A stretch of DNA of 64,000 nucleotides, from assembly GCA_963733255.1 (NCBI GenBank), contig CAVTCH010000007.1, positions 84,839 through 148,838 on the forward strand, given 5' to 3'. The DNA is from an uncultured Actinomycetes bacterium. Lineage in GTDB: Bacteria > Actinomycetota > Thermoleophilia > UBA2241. The notes beneath the pieces were generated by a model. It worked only from the letters and a program-made list of their open reading frames with translations. It did not search any database and was not told the DNA's origin. Position numbers and translations under genes: made by a program. Below are positions 55,663 to 63,844 of the stretch, one piece after another. Each line of letters starts with the position of its first letter. Within the stretch, counting starts at the first letter, position 1.

Positions 55663-55863
55663 ATGGCAGAACGCTATTGCGTCGATTGTCGGGAGTTCCC
55701 GAGCGAGAATAACTGCGACCTCCTCATGTGTGGCAGCGAGGGACATCTGATCGAAGCGTCCGTGGTCCACGCCGTCACGGCGCACGGCGAGAAGGACACG
55801 CCCGAGTTCCGCGAGGAGACTCGTAAGATGATGAAGCCCGAGAGGGTCGCCCGCGCGGCTTAG
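55663..55863 (+). CDS. DUF1059-family small protein
   Basis: ATG after GGAGGG. 'YCVDCREFPSENNCDLLMCGSEGHLIEASVVHAVTAHG'. Followed by an 11-bp hairpin at 55868..55894. Confidence 0.7.
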   Translation: MAERYCVDCREFPSENNCDLLMCGSEGHLIEASVVHAVTAHGEKDTPEFREETRKMMKPERVARAA

Positions 55864-55994
55864 GCGTCTGCGCAGCCCAAAGCGGGCTGCGCAGCTTGAG
55901 CGCCCGCGCAGCCCAGGCTAGGCCGGGCAGCTGATGGCCCGCGCTGCTCAGGTCGGCCGTGCAGCCTGCGGTCGAAGGTACGGCCCAAACAAGC

Positions 55995-56040
55995 GAGAGG
56001 CGGCCGTCGCCCGAATGGGCGGCGGCCGCCTCTCTTGCGT
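55995..56040. terminator. long GC hairpin, probably a bidirectional terminator
   Basis: 'gagaggcggccg-t-cgccc-gaat-gggcg-g-cggccgcctctc', with 'ttgcgtt' on the + side and 'gcttgttt' on the - side. It lies downstream of the cupin stop (56123, minus strand). Confidence 0.65.
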
Positions 56041-56122
56041 TCGTGCGTCACCGGCGGATGGCTCCTGCTCGCGAGTCGCGTCCGCGCCCGGCCGCCTGCG
56101 GGGTGCGCGCGGGCCGTCGCGG

Positions 56123-56503
56123 TCAGGCGGCCTTGGCCAGTCCCGGCAGGTTGAACCGCCGCGCGGCCGACTCGCCTTCGTCGAACTGCACGATCGTGCA
56201 AGGCTCGTCGCCGACCGTGTACGCGTCGTGGCCGGCCGGCACCATGAACACGTCGCCCGGTCCGAGCTCGAACCTGGTGCCGTCCTCCAGCTCGACGGCG
56301 ATACGGCCCGAGACGGTGTAGCCGACGTGCGTGTCATAGCAGCGCGGCGCGCCCATGTGCTCGGAGAACCGCCAGCCGGGCGGATACGTGGCGCGCTTGG
56401 CCCTGAGATCGCCGAGCTGAACGATGTCGATCTCGACGTCGCCCTTGGTCAGATGGTCATCAGGCCTTGCGAACGACTTCGAGGCCCCTTTGTTGGCCGC
56501 CAT
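56123..56503 (-). CDS. cupin-domain protein
   Basis: ATG 56503 after GGAGG. 126 aa. 'PPGWRFSEHMG...HVGYTVSGRIAVELEDG...GPGDVFMVPAGHDAY'. Confidence 0.8.
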   Translation of the reverse strand: MAANKGASKSFARPDDHLTKGDVEIDIVQLGDLRAKRATYPPGWRFSEHMGAPRCYDTHVGYTVSGRIAVELEDGTRFELGPGDVFMVPAGHDAYTVGDEPCTIVQFDEGESAARRFNLPGLAKAA

Positions 56504-56695
56504 CAGAAACCTCCTTCGAGTCTCGTGTGCTGGTCGGTCCTGCGCCGGACACCCCCGCGCGCGGCGTGGGCGCTGGCCGAGCCGTCGGTAGCCGGCGCGG
56601 CTCTCGTCCGAGCCGCCGGTAGCCGGCGCGGGCGCCGGCCGAGCCGCCGCCAGACGGCGCCGGTAGCCTTTCATCCAGGTCACTTCCCGCGCTCC

Positions 56696-56880
56696 TGCCA
56701 CGAAAACCGTTGGCATGTCCGCCTCTCTGCAAGGGCGAAACACCGCGATGTCTGCCTCCCTGCAAAGGCAAGACGGCGCGACGCGCGTGTCCTTGCGAAG
56801 GCGAGAGGCCGGGATGCGTGCGCCACTGTGAAGGCGAGAGGCCGGGATGCGTGCGCCACTGTGAGGCCGAGAGAGCGCCT
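56696..56880. repeat. tandem array of ~33-nt units (about 5-6 copies, the last two full units identical)
   Basis: Units start at 56696, 56728, 56761, 56794, 56827 and 56860. 56794..56826 and 56827..56859 differ by 1 nt ('tgYgaaggcgagaggccgggatgcgtgcgccac'). A second ~31-33-nt repeat family ('cgagccgNcggtagccggcgcgg') lies at ~56575..56668. Confidence 0.85.
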
Positions 56881-57028
56881 CTGAGAAGGGGATCGGCCGT
56901 GCGGCTCGTATCTGTTCCGGGACGTCCCGGCTTGAACTCCCCCGGACTGGAGCCTATAGTGCCCAAAGTGTCTGAACCCCGCCGCACGCCAACCCGGCAG
57001 CTTTCCCTCCGGCCCTCCAGGGTGCGCC

Positions 57029-57715
57029 ATGATCCTCTTTGAGAACGTCACGAAGATGTACGACCAGAACGTCCCGGGCATGCAGGACGCGTCGTTCCAT
57101 ATCGAAAAGGGCGAGTTCGTCTTTTTGGTCGGTCCCTCGGGGTCGGGCAAGTCGACCCTCATCAAGCTTGTGCTCAAGCAGCTCGAGCCGACTGAGGGAC
57201 GCATCCTGGTGGCGGGTCGCAACCTGCACACGCTGCGGCGCAGCAAGGTGCCGTTGCTGCGGCGCAACATCGGCTGCGTCTTTCAGGACTTCAAGCTGCT
57301 CCCCAACAAGACGGTCTACGAGAACGTCGCCTACGCGCTCGAGGTCGTCGGCGAGCACCGCCGCTCCATCCGCCGCAAGGTGCCCGAGATCTTGAACCTC
57401 GTCGGGCTCTCCGACAAGACCAACAGCCTGCCGCACGAGATCTCGGGCGGCGAGCAACAGCGCGTCTCGGTGGCGCGCGCCTTCGTCAACCATCCGCCGC
57501 TGCTGCTTGCCGACGAGCCCACGGGCAACATCGACCCCGAGACTTCGATCGGCATCATGCAGCTTCTGCTGCGCATCAACCGCACCGGCACCACGGTGGT
57601 CATCGCCACCCACGACCGCGAGATGGTCGACCGCACACGCCGGCGCGTGATCGCCCTCGACGGCGGCCGCCTCGTACGCGACGAGCGCCGGGGGGTGTAC
57701 GACAGTGAGACTTAG
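57029..57715 (+). CDS. ftsE: cell-division ABC ATPase FtsE
   Basis: '[11 protein letters not shown]', '[13 protein letters not shown]', '[15 protein letters not shown]', '[14 protein letters not shown]'. Confidence 0.95.
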   Translation: MILFENVTKMYDQNVPGMQDASFHIEKGEFVFLVGPSGSGKSTLIKLVLKQLEPTEGRILVAGRNLHTLRRSKVPLLRRNIGCVFQDFKLLPNKTVYENVAYALEVVGEHRRSIRRKVPEILNLVGLSDKTNSLPHEISGGEQQRVSVARAFVNHPPLLLADEPTGNIDPETSIGIMQLLLRINRTGTTVVIATHDREMVDRTRRRVIALDGGRLVRDERRGVYDSET

Positions 57716-58638
57716 CTTCTTCCTGGCGGAGGCGTTCGACTCGCTGCGCCGCAACTGGGTGATGACGATGGCGAGCGTGCTGACCGTGGTCGTCACCATG
57801 GCCATCCTGGGCGTCGTGCTGGTCACCGACAAGAACCTGAAGGAGGGCACGACCAGCCTCACCAACAGGGTCGAGATCGAGGTCTTCATCAAGGGCGCGC
57901 CGCCGCAGCAGCAGCTCGATCGACGCACTGAACGCCAAGGTCGCCGGTCTCAAGCAGCAGGGCATCGTCAAGAACTACACATATGTCTCGCAGGCCCAGG
58001 CGCTGGCCGACCTCAAGAAGATGCTCGGGGCCGACTCGCAGCAGATCGTGAACAACCTCGAATCCAACCCGCTGCCGGCCTCGTACAAGATCTTCGTGAA
58101 GAACCCCAACCAGGTCGACCAGGTGGCGGCGATGTTCTTCCACGATCCCAACGTCGACAACGACCCCGGCACGACCGACGGCGTGAGCTACGCCAAACAG
58201 ACGGTACGCAATCTGCTGGGCACGATCGACCTGGTCCAGAAGGCCATGTGGGCCGTGACGGTGCTGTTCGCCCTGGCGGCGATCCTGCTCACCTCGACCA
58301 CCGTGCGGCTGTCGATCTTCGCCCGCCGTCGCGAGGTCGAGATCATGCAGCTGGTGGGCGCCACGAGCTGGTTCATCCGCTGGCCGTTCATCCTCGAAGG
58401 CTTCATCACCGGCCTCGTCGGGTCGCTCGTGGCGGCTCTGGCCGTATGGGGCGCCAACGTCCTCGTCTACAACTGGGTCCACGCCTCCAAGCTCGACTTT
58501 CTGCGGCCCATCAAGTACCCGCTCGTCGCGCAGTCGGGCTCGTGGCCGCTCGGCCTGATCCCGACGCTGGTGCTGGTCGGCGCCGTGCTCGGCGCCTGCG
58601 GCAGCTTCCTGGCGCTGCGCCGCTACCTGCGCGTCTGA
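57705..58638 (+). pseudogene. ftsX: cell-division permease FtsX, interrupted by a +1 frame break near 57915-57920
   Basis: The N-terminus '[36 protein letters not shown]...VEIEVFIKGAPPQQQ' is in the 57705 frame. The continuation 'IDALNAKVAGLKQQGIVKNYTYVSQAQALADLKKMLGADSQ...VEIMQLVGATSWFIRWPFILEG' is in the frame of ORF 58021..58638. Confidence 0.8.
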
Positions 58639-58706
58639 GCTTAGGCCGGGCGCCCGCGCGCGGCGCGGTTGAAACCCCGGTCGCCGGGGGACTACCATGG
58701 TCGTTC

Positions 58707-59864
58707 ATGCGTCCGTTCCTTGCCATTCTCGCCGCGCTCCTCGTCGTGCTCGTCGTGCTCGCCGCGTTCATCGCCGGCTACACCCTGCGCGGCGCCACGA
58801 CGACCGCGAGCGCCCCGAAGGCCGCGAGCCTCGACGCCCAGGTGATCGCCATGATCGAGGCGCACTATTACAAGAAGGTCGATCCCGCGACCCTCGATCA
58901 GGCGGGTGTCGCCGGCATCATCAAGTCGCTGCACGATCCCTACACCGAATACCTCACGGCCCAGCAGAGCCAGGCGCTCAGCGACTCGCTGTCGGGCAGC
59001 TACTCGGGGATCGGCGCGGCCTTCGACAAACGTGCCGGAGCGCTGCTCGTGACCCAGGTCTTCGCGGGCTCGCCGGCCAAGGCGGCGGGCATCGCTCCGG
59101 GCGACCGTATCGTGTCGGTCGACGGCCGCTCCGTGGCCGGAGAGTCGGCCACCGCGTCGGCCGCGCGCATCAAGGGCGCGAACGGCACCAGGGTCACCCT
59201 CGGGGTGCGCGCCGCCGGCGCGAGCGCCGTGCGCACCGTCACCCTCACCCGGCGCCGCATCGCCACGCCGGAGACCGTCACGAGGCTGTTGCATCGGGGC
59301 GGCAAGACCATCGGCTACATCTATCTGCAGAGCTTCGCTCAGGGCGTGGGGGCGACCATCCGCAGCGACGTCACGCGGCTCCAGGCCAGGGGCGCCCAGG
59401 CGTTCGTGCTCGACCTGCGCTACGACCTGGGCGGCTACATCGAAGAGGCGCAGGCCGTGTCGAGCGACTTTCTGGCCGGCGGCGTCGTGGTCTCGACCCA
59501 CGGCCTGCACGAGCCCACCTACGTGTACCGCGCTTCCGGCCACCCGGCTACGTCGGAGCCGCTTGTGGTGCTGGTCAACCACTGGTCGGCGAGCGCCTCA
59601 GAGATCACCACCGGCGCGCTGCAGGACCACCACCGGGCGACGATCGTCGGCACGCGCACTTTCGGCAAGGGCGTCGCCCAAGAGAACTTCCCCATGTCCG
59701 GCGGCGCCAACCTGCACCTTACGATCGCCGGCTATCTCACCCCGAACGGGCGCGACATCAACCACAAGGGCATCGCGCCCGACGTGCGTGCCGTTGACAA
59801 CCCCAAGACGCCGCGCGACGAGGCGCTCGACCGGGCGCTGCAGTACCTCGTCAGCGGCCACTAG
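58707..59864 (+). CDS. S41A C-terminal processing peptidase (PDZ-containing)
   Basis: N-terminal TM. PDZ 'GIGAAFDKRAGALLVTQVFAGSPAKAAGIAPGDRIVSVDG'. Catalytic Ser 'NHWSASASEI' and Lys 'RTFGKG'. Confidence 0.9.
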   Translation: MRPFLAILAALLVVLVVLAAFIAGYTLRGATTTASAPKAASLDAQVIAMIEAHYYKKVDPATLDQAGVAGIIKSLHDPYTEYLTAQQSQALSDSLSGSYSGIGAAFDKRAGALLVTQVFAGSPAKAAGIAPGDRIVSVDGRSVAGESATASAARIKGANGTRVTLGVRAAGASAVRTVTLTRRRIATPETVTRLLHRGGKTIGYIYLQSFAQGVGATIRSDVTRLQARGAQAFVLDLRYDLGGYIEEAQAVSSDFLAGGVVVSTHGLHEPTYVYRASGHPATSEPLVVLVNHWSASASEITTGALQDHHRATIVGTRTFGKGVAQENFPMSGGANLHLTIAGYLTPNGRDINHKGIAPDVRAVDNPKTPRDEALDRALQYLVSGH

Positions 59865-60043
59865 CCGTGGCACGAAAGTCACACCTGGCTGAGCGGCGAC
59901 GACGCAGTCGCTCGACGGTACTAGCCGTGGCCCGAAAGTCACACCTGGCTGAGCGGCGACGACGCAGTCGCTCGACGGTACTAGCCGTGGCACGTAGTCA
60001 CACCTGGCTGAGCGGCGACGACGCAGTCGCTCGACGGAACTAG
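59861..60043. repeat. three tandem copies (60, 60, 59 nt) of a CTAG-bounded element
   Basis: Units at 59861, 59921 and 59981, with a closing CTAG at 60040. The first TAG (59862..59864) is the S41 peptidase stop codon. The array ends 7 nt before the rnr ATG. Confidence 0.9.
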
Positions 60044-60049
60044 GGCGCC

Positions 60050-62065
60050 ATGAGGCGCCTGCCGACCCCGCCGCCGGCACTGCTCGCCGCCCGCGTGACG
60101 CACTGGGGCAAGTTCTGGTCGCTCGAGCCGCTGTTCGCCGACGAGCGCAACTACCTCGTGGCCCGTGGCGGCCGCGCGCCGCGCGTCGACGAGATCGTCC
60201 TGGCGGTGCCGGCCAAGGGCAACCGCATGCACATCACCGAGGTCCTCGGCACGACGCACGACCTGCCGGCGGTACTCAAGGCGCTCGAGGTCGCTCGCGG
60301 CGTGAGCCGCGAGTTCCCGGCCGAAGCCGTGCGCGAGGCGGCGGCGGTCGCTGCCGCCGGTGAGCGCGGCGACCCTGCTCGCGAGCGCCGCGGCCAGGGT
60401 GCCGAGCGCCGCGGCCAGGGTGCCGAGCGCCGCGATCTGACCGATCTGCCCACCTTCACGATCGATCCCGATGCCGCCCGCGACTTCGACGACGCGATCT
60501 CGGTGCGCGGTGAGGGGTCGGGGTATCGGGCCTGGGTGCATATCGCCGACGTGGCGTACTGGGTCGACCCCGACGGCGCCATCGACGCCGAAGCGCGGCG
60601 CCGCACCGCCAGCCTCTATCTGCCGCTGTGGGCCGAGCCGATGCTGCCGGCCGAGCTGTCGTCGGGGGTCTGCAGCCTGATCGAAGGTCAGGAGCGCAAG
60701 ACGGTCACCGTGGAGCTCGCCTTCGACGCCGACGGGCGGCGCACCTCGGTGGCCTTCTACCGTTCGACCATTCGCAGCGACCACCGCCTGACCTACGGCG
60801 CCGTCGACGGTCTGCTGGCCGGCGCGGCGGCCGGCGGTGCGGCGGCCAGCGTGAGGCCGGCGGGGACGGCGCCGGCGCGCGCGACGACCGCTCGCGGCGC
60901 GTCGGTCGGCGACACGCTTGCCGCCGACGAGGCGCTCGGCGCCCACCTGCGCCTGGCGGCCGCGCTCGCCGGCAAGCTGCGGGTCGCGCGCTTCGCGCGC
61001 GGCGCCCTGCAGATCGGCTCCTTCGAGCCGGAGTATCGCTTCGACGCCAAGGGCGAGCTCGTGGCCGCCGAGGAACGCCTCGAGAGCCCTTCGCACAGTC
61101 TGGTCGAGGAGTTCATGCTGGCGGCCAACGAGGCCGTCGCCCAGTTCCTCGCCGGCCGCCACGCGCGTGCCGTGTACCGCGTCCACGAGTCGCCCGAGCC
61201 GGCCGCCACCGAGGCCCTGCTCGACGCGATGGACGAGCTCGACGTGCCCACGCCGCCGTTCCCGGGCGGCCAGAAGGCACGCGCGGCCGACATCGCGGGC
61301 GCTCTGCGACGACTCTCAGAGACACTGCCAAAGCTGAGCGGCCGCGAAGGCCGCGGCCGCCTCGCCTTTTCGCAGCTCCTGCTGCGCTCGCTCAAGCAGG
61401 CGCGCTACGATCCCGAGAACCTCGGCCATTTCGGCCTGGCGAGCACCGGCTACCTGCACTTCACCTCGCCGATCCGCCGCTATCCCGACCTCGTCGTGCA
61501 CCGGGCGCTGCTCGCCCAGCTCGGCGATGACGGCCGCGAGCTCGCTCTGGGCGAGCTTTACGATGTCGCCGCGCACTGCTCGACCATGGAGCGCACTCTC
61601 GCCAAGCTCGAGCTCAAGGCCGACGACATCGCGCTGGCCTTTCTTCTTGAGCGCCGCCTTCACGACGAGGGCTGGGAGACCGAGTTCGCCGGCGAGATCG
61701 TGGGCCTGATCGGCGCCGGCGCGTTCGTTCACTTCGGCGACTCCTTCGAAGGCTTCATCCCGGTACGCCACCTGGGCGACGAGTATCTCACCGAGAGCCG
61801 CTTCGGCACCGCGCTCGTGGGCGGTAAGACGGGGCGCCGCTACCGCCTCGGCGACGCCGTGCGGGTGCGCGTCGTGAGCGTCGACCGGGTGGCCGGCAAG
61901 GTCGACCTGCTGCCGGTCGGCTCGAGAGCCGACAACGAAGACCGGGAGCGCGGCGGGCGGCCGCGACTGCGGCCTGCCGCCCGCCGGCCCGGCGCGGCGA
62001 GCTCGACTCACGGACCGCGCCGGCCGGCGCCGCGTCCCTCGACCGGCAAGCGCAAGTCGCGGTAA
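60050..62065 (+). CDS. rnr: RNase R / RNB-family 3'-5' exoribonuclease with a C-terminal S1 domain and basic tail
   Basis: 'FTIDPDAARDFDDAISV', 'HIADVAYWV', 'SLYLPLWAEPMLPAELS', 'GHFGLASTGYLHFTSPIRRYPDLVVHR'. S1 domain 'GEIVGLIGAGAFVHFGDSFEGFIPVRHL'. Confidence 0.9.
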   Translation: MRRLPTPPPALLAARVTHWGKFWSLEPLFADERNYLVARGGRAPRVDEIVLAVPAKGNRMHITEVLGTTHDLPAVLKALEVARGVSREFPAEAVREAAAVAAAGERGDPARERRGQGAERRGQGAERRDLTDLPTFTIDPDAARDFDDAISVRGEGSGYRAWVHIADVAYWVDPDGAIDAEARRRTASLYLPLWAEPMLPAELSSGVCSLIEGQERKTVTVELAFDADGRRTSVAFYRSTIRSDHRLTYGAVDGLLAGAAAGGAAASVRPAGTAPARATTARGASVGDTLAADEALGAHLRLAAALAGKLRVARFARGALQIGSFEPEYRFDAKGELVAAEERLESPSHSLVEEFMLAANEAVAQFLAGRHARAVYRVHESPEPAATEALLDAMDELDVPTPPFPGGQKARAADIAGALRRLSETLPKLSGREGRGRLAFSQLLLRSLKQARYDPENLGHFGLASTGYLHFTSPIRRYPDLVVHRALLAQLGDDGRELALGELYDVAAHCSTMERTLAKLELKADDIALAFLLERRLHDEGWETEFAGEIVGLIGAGAFVHFGDSFEGFIPVRHLGDEYLTESRFGTALVGGKTGRRYRLGDAVRVRVVSVDRVAGKVDLLPVGSRADNEDRERGGRPRLRPAARRPGAASSTHGPRRPAPRPSTGKRKSR

Positions 62066-62131
62066 GGTAACCCCCGGTCCGAAGGGAACGATCAAGGGTA
62101 GGGACGACCACTGTGCGTAAGGAAGACCGCC

Positions 62132-62608
62132 GTGCCTAAAGAGACAGACGACACTCGCCAGATCGCCGGCAACCGCAAGGCCTTTCACGACTTCTTCGTC
62201 GAGGACCGCTTTGAGGCCGGCATCGTGCTGGTCGGCACCGAGGTCAAGTCGCTGCGCGAGGGGCGCGTCAACCTGCGCGACAGCTATGCCGAGATCCGTG
62301 GCGGCGAGGTCTTTCTTCTGGGCGTCCACATCAGCCCCTACGAGATGGGCAACGTGGCAAACCACGACCCGTTGCGGCCCCGCAAGCTGCTCCTGCATGC
62401 CAACGAGATCGGCCGCCTCCAGCAGAAGATCTTCGAGAAGGGCTACACGCTGGTGCCGACCCGCATGTACTTTCGCGGCAGCCGCGTGAAGGTCGAGATA
62501 GGCCTGGCGCGCGGCAAGAAGCAATACGACAAGCGCGCCGCCATGGCGACCCGCGACGCCGCCCGCGACGTGCAGCGCGCCCTGCGCCAGCGCGACGACG
62601 ACCGCTAG
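62132..62608 (+). CDS. smpB: SsrA-binding protein SmpB
   Basis: 'IAGNRKAFHDFFVEDRFEAGIVLVGTEVKSLR', 'HISPYE', 'RPRKLLLHANEI', 'LVPTRMYF...KVEIGLARGKKQYDKR'. Confidence 0.95.
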   Translation: MPKETDDTRQIAGNRKAFHDFFVEDRFEAGIVLVGTEVKSLREGRVNLRDSYAEIRGGEVFLLGVHISPYEMGNVANHDPLRPRKLLLHANEIGRLQQKIFEKGYTLVPTRMYFRGSRVKVEIGLARGKKQYDKRAAMATRDAARDVQRALRQRDDDR

Positions 62609-62789
62609 GTCGAGCACTCGGGCGCCGGTCCCACCGCCGTTCGCCGGTACCACCGCCGTCCGCCGCCGCCGCTCGCCGGCGGCGCTGACGGCCGTCGACC
62701 GTGCCGGCTGGCCTCCGGCCGCCAACCGGATTAGAAGCGCGTCTGTGCGGTTATCTCTCTGGGGTTCGGCAAGCGGGGCCGGAGGAGAG

Positions 62790-63077
62790 ATGGACAAGCT
62801 GAGCGACCAGCAGCGCGACGACGCCCTCGAGCACCTGAACGACTGGCGGGCACAAGGCGAGACGATCACGCGCACGTTCCTGCTGCGCGACTTCGCCCGG
62901 GCCATAGATTTCGTGAACGCCGTGGCGGAGATGGCCGAGGACGCCAACCACCACCCCGATATCGACATCCGTTACAACAAGGTGACGATCACCCTGACGA
63001 CGCACAGCGCCGGCGGGCTCACCCGCAACGACATCGAGCTGGCCGCCGGCATCGACGGCGTGGCGAGCGCGGCGTAG
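62790..63077 (+). CDS. pterin-4-alpha-carbinolamine dehydratase (PCD/DCoH family)
   Basis: ATG after GGAGGAGAG. 'W......I.R.F.....F..A..FVN.VAEMAEDANHHPDI...YNKVTITLTTH'. Confidence 0.85.
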   Translation: MDKLSDQQRDDALEHLNDWRAQGETITRTFLLRDFARAIDFVNAVAEMAEDANHHPDIDIRYNKVTITLTTHSAGGLTRNDIELAAGIDGVASAA

Positions 63078-63151
63078 TCTCTCGCGCCGCATCGCCGTCG
63101 GGAACGCGGCGTACCCTCGCGCCGCGCAAAGATGCTAGACTGGCGCTCGTT

Positions 63152-63228
63152 GCCCTCGTAGCTCAGGGGATTAGAGCGCGCGCCTCCGGAGCGCGAGGTC
63201 GAAGGTTCGAATCCTTCCGGGGGCACCA
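63152..63228 (+). tRNA. tRNA-Arg (anticodon CCG), CCA encoded
   Basis: Manual cloverleaf: acceptor GCCCTCG/CGGGGGC, D arm GCTC-AGGGGATTA-GAGC, anticodon arm CGCGC-CTCCGGA-GCGCG, variable AGGTC, T arm GAAGG-TTCGAAT-CCTTC, discriminator A + CCA. Confidence 0.9.
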
Positions 63229-63231
63229 AAT

Positions 63232-63256
63232 GTTGTGACGATCACAACGTTCTTCC
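63232..63256 (+). terminator. 7-bp hairpin (gttgtga-cga-tcacaac) plus a T-rich tail directly after the tRNA
   Basis: Read directly from the sequence. The stem is short, so the call is tentative. Confidence 0.35.
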
Positions 63257-63571
63257 TGCAAATGCTTGGCTTCTGATGTCCGGTCGCCTACCCGGTCGCT
63301 CAGCGTCCTCCACGACTAACTCACGTGGCCAATGGCGCAGCCTGAGTCGGCATGCTGTCAGGCGTTGGGTCGAGCATCGAACCTCGTATTCCGATAGAAT
63401 GACCACGGTCGCCAGTGCGGACATGGGCCGGCGCGGTCGCTGCGACGATGCTGACCTCTAGAGACGACGGGGAGAGGCGGGCTCACGGACTTCAGGCAGA
63501 GTCCGCAGTAGTATGCGACAAGGGTTCGGGTCCGATCATTTTCCCCGGAGCCCCTTCCACGGAGGACTTGG

Positions 63572-63844
63572 ATGAGCAGTCGCACTGCATGCGGCGAAGC
63601 AGTCAGGGATACTGATCGATTCTGCCCAAAGTGCGGCGCCTCAGTTGAGGAAGAGGCGATACAGACCGTCGCCACCTCTGCAGCGGAGGCTGACGCCAAC
63701 GTCAGTTGTGCCGCCTGCGGTGCGGAGTTGTCGGCCCAGGCGCGCTATTGCACCAAATGCGGACAACCCGTCGGGACTGGACCGGCCGTTCGCTCTCGCG
63801 AGCCGGGAACGGACGGAACCGGACCCCCCTGGCCCCTCCGTTGA
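63572..63844 (+). CDS. double zinc-ribbon protein (possibly the N-terminal part of a longer, frame-broken membrane protein)
   Basis: 'CGEAVRDTDRFCPKCG' and 'CAACGAELSAQARYCTKCG'. Lower GC than the rest of the window. A TM-like segment continues in a different frame after the stop. Confidence 0.5.
   Translation: MSSRTACGEAVRDTDRFCPKCGASVEEEAIQTVATSAAEADANVSCAACGAELSAQARYCTKCGQPVGTGPAVRSREPGTDGTGPPWPLR

Noticed and set aside
56710-57042. A Cys-rich, 11-aa-periodic ORF ('C.GE...C...') that could be mistaken for a repeat peptide or RiPP-like precursor.
   Set aside because: It is generated by the 33-nt tandem repeats. Its third-position GC is about 65%, against roughly 90% in genuine genes here. 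It starts at TTG without an RBS, runs into ftsE, and equally long ORFs exist on the opposite strand across the same repeats.
57705-59864. A single 719-aa ORF spanning ftsX to the S41 peptidase.
   Set aside because: Only the first ~70 and the last ~385 residues look like real protein (FtsX N-terminus; S41 peptidase from ATG 58707). The middle is Arg/Pro/Gly-rich out-of-frame read-through of ftsX, whose real continuation is ORF 58021..58638.
59861-60043. A CRISPR-like array.
   Set aside because: The 60-nt units abut directly with no unique spacers. There are only three copies, and no cas genes or leader. It is a tandem repeat, not a CRISPR.
62609-63151. A tmRNA (ssrA) gene expected next to smpB.
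   Set aside because: The smpB-PCD gap is only ~180 nt, and I found no tRNA-Ala-like acceptor/T-arm pair or tag-ORF. The only RNA gene nearby is a canonical tRNA-Arg. ssrA is presumably elsewhere.
63229-63571. An integrase or attachment site proving a genomic island at tRNA-Arg.
   Set aside because: No integrase ORF and no repeat of the tRNA 3' end is visible before the window ends. Only the compositional shift is observable, so the island is reported as a hint, not a feature.
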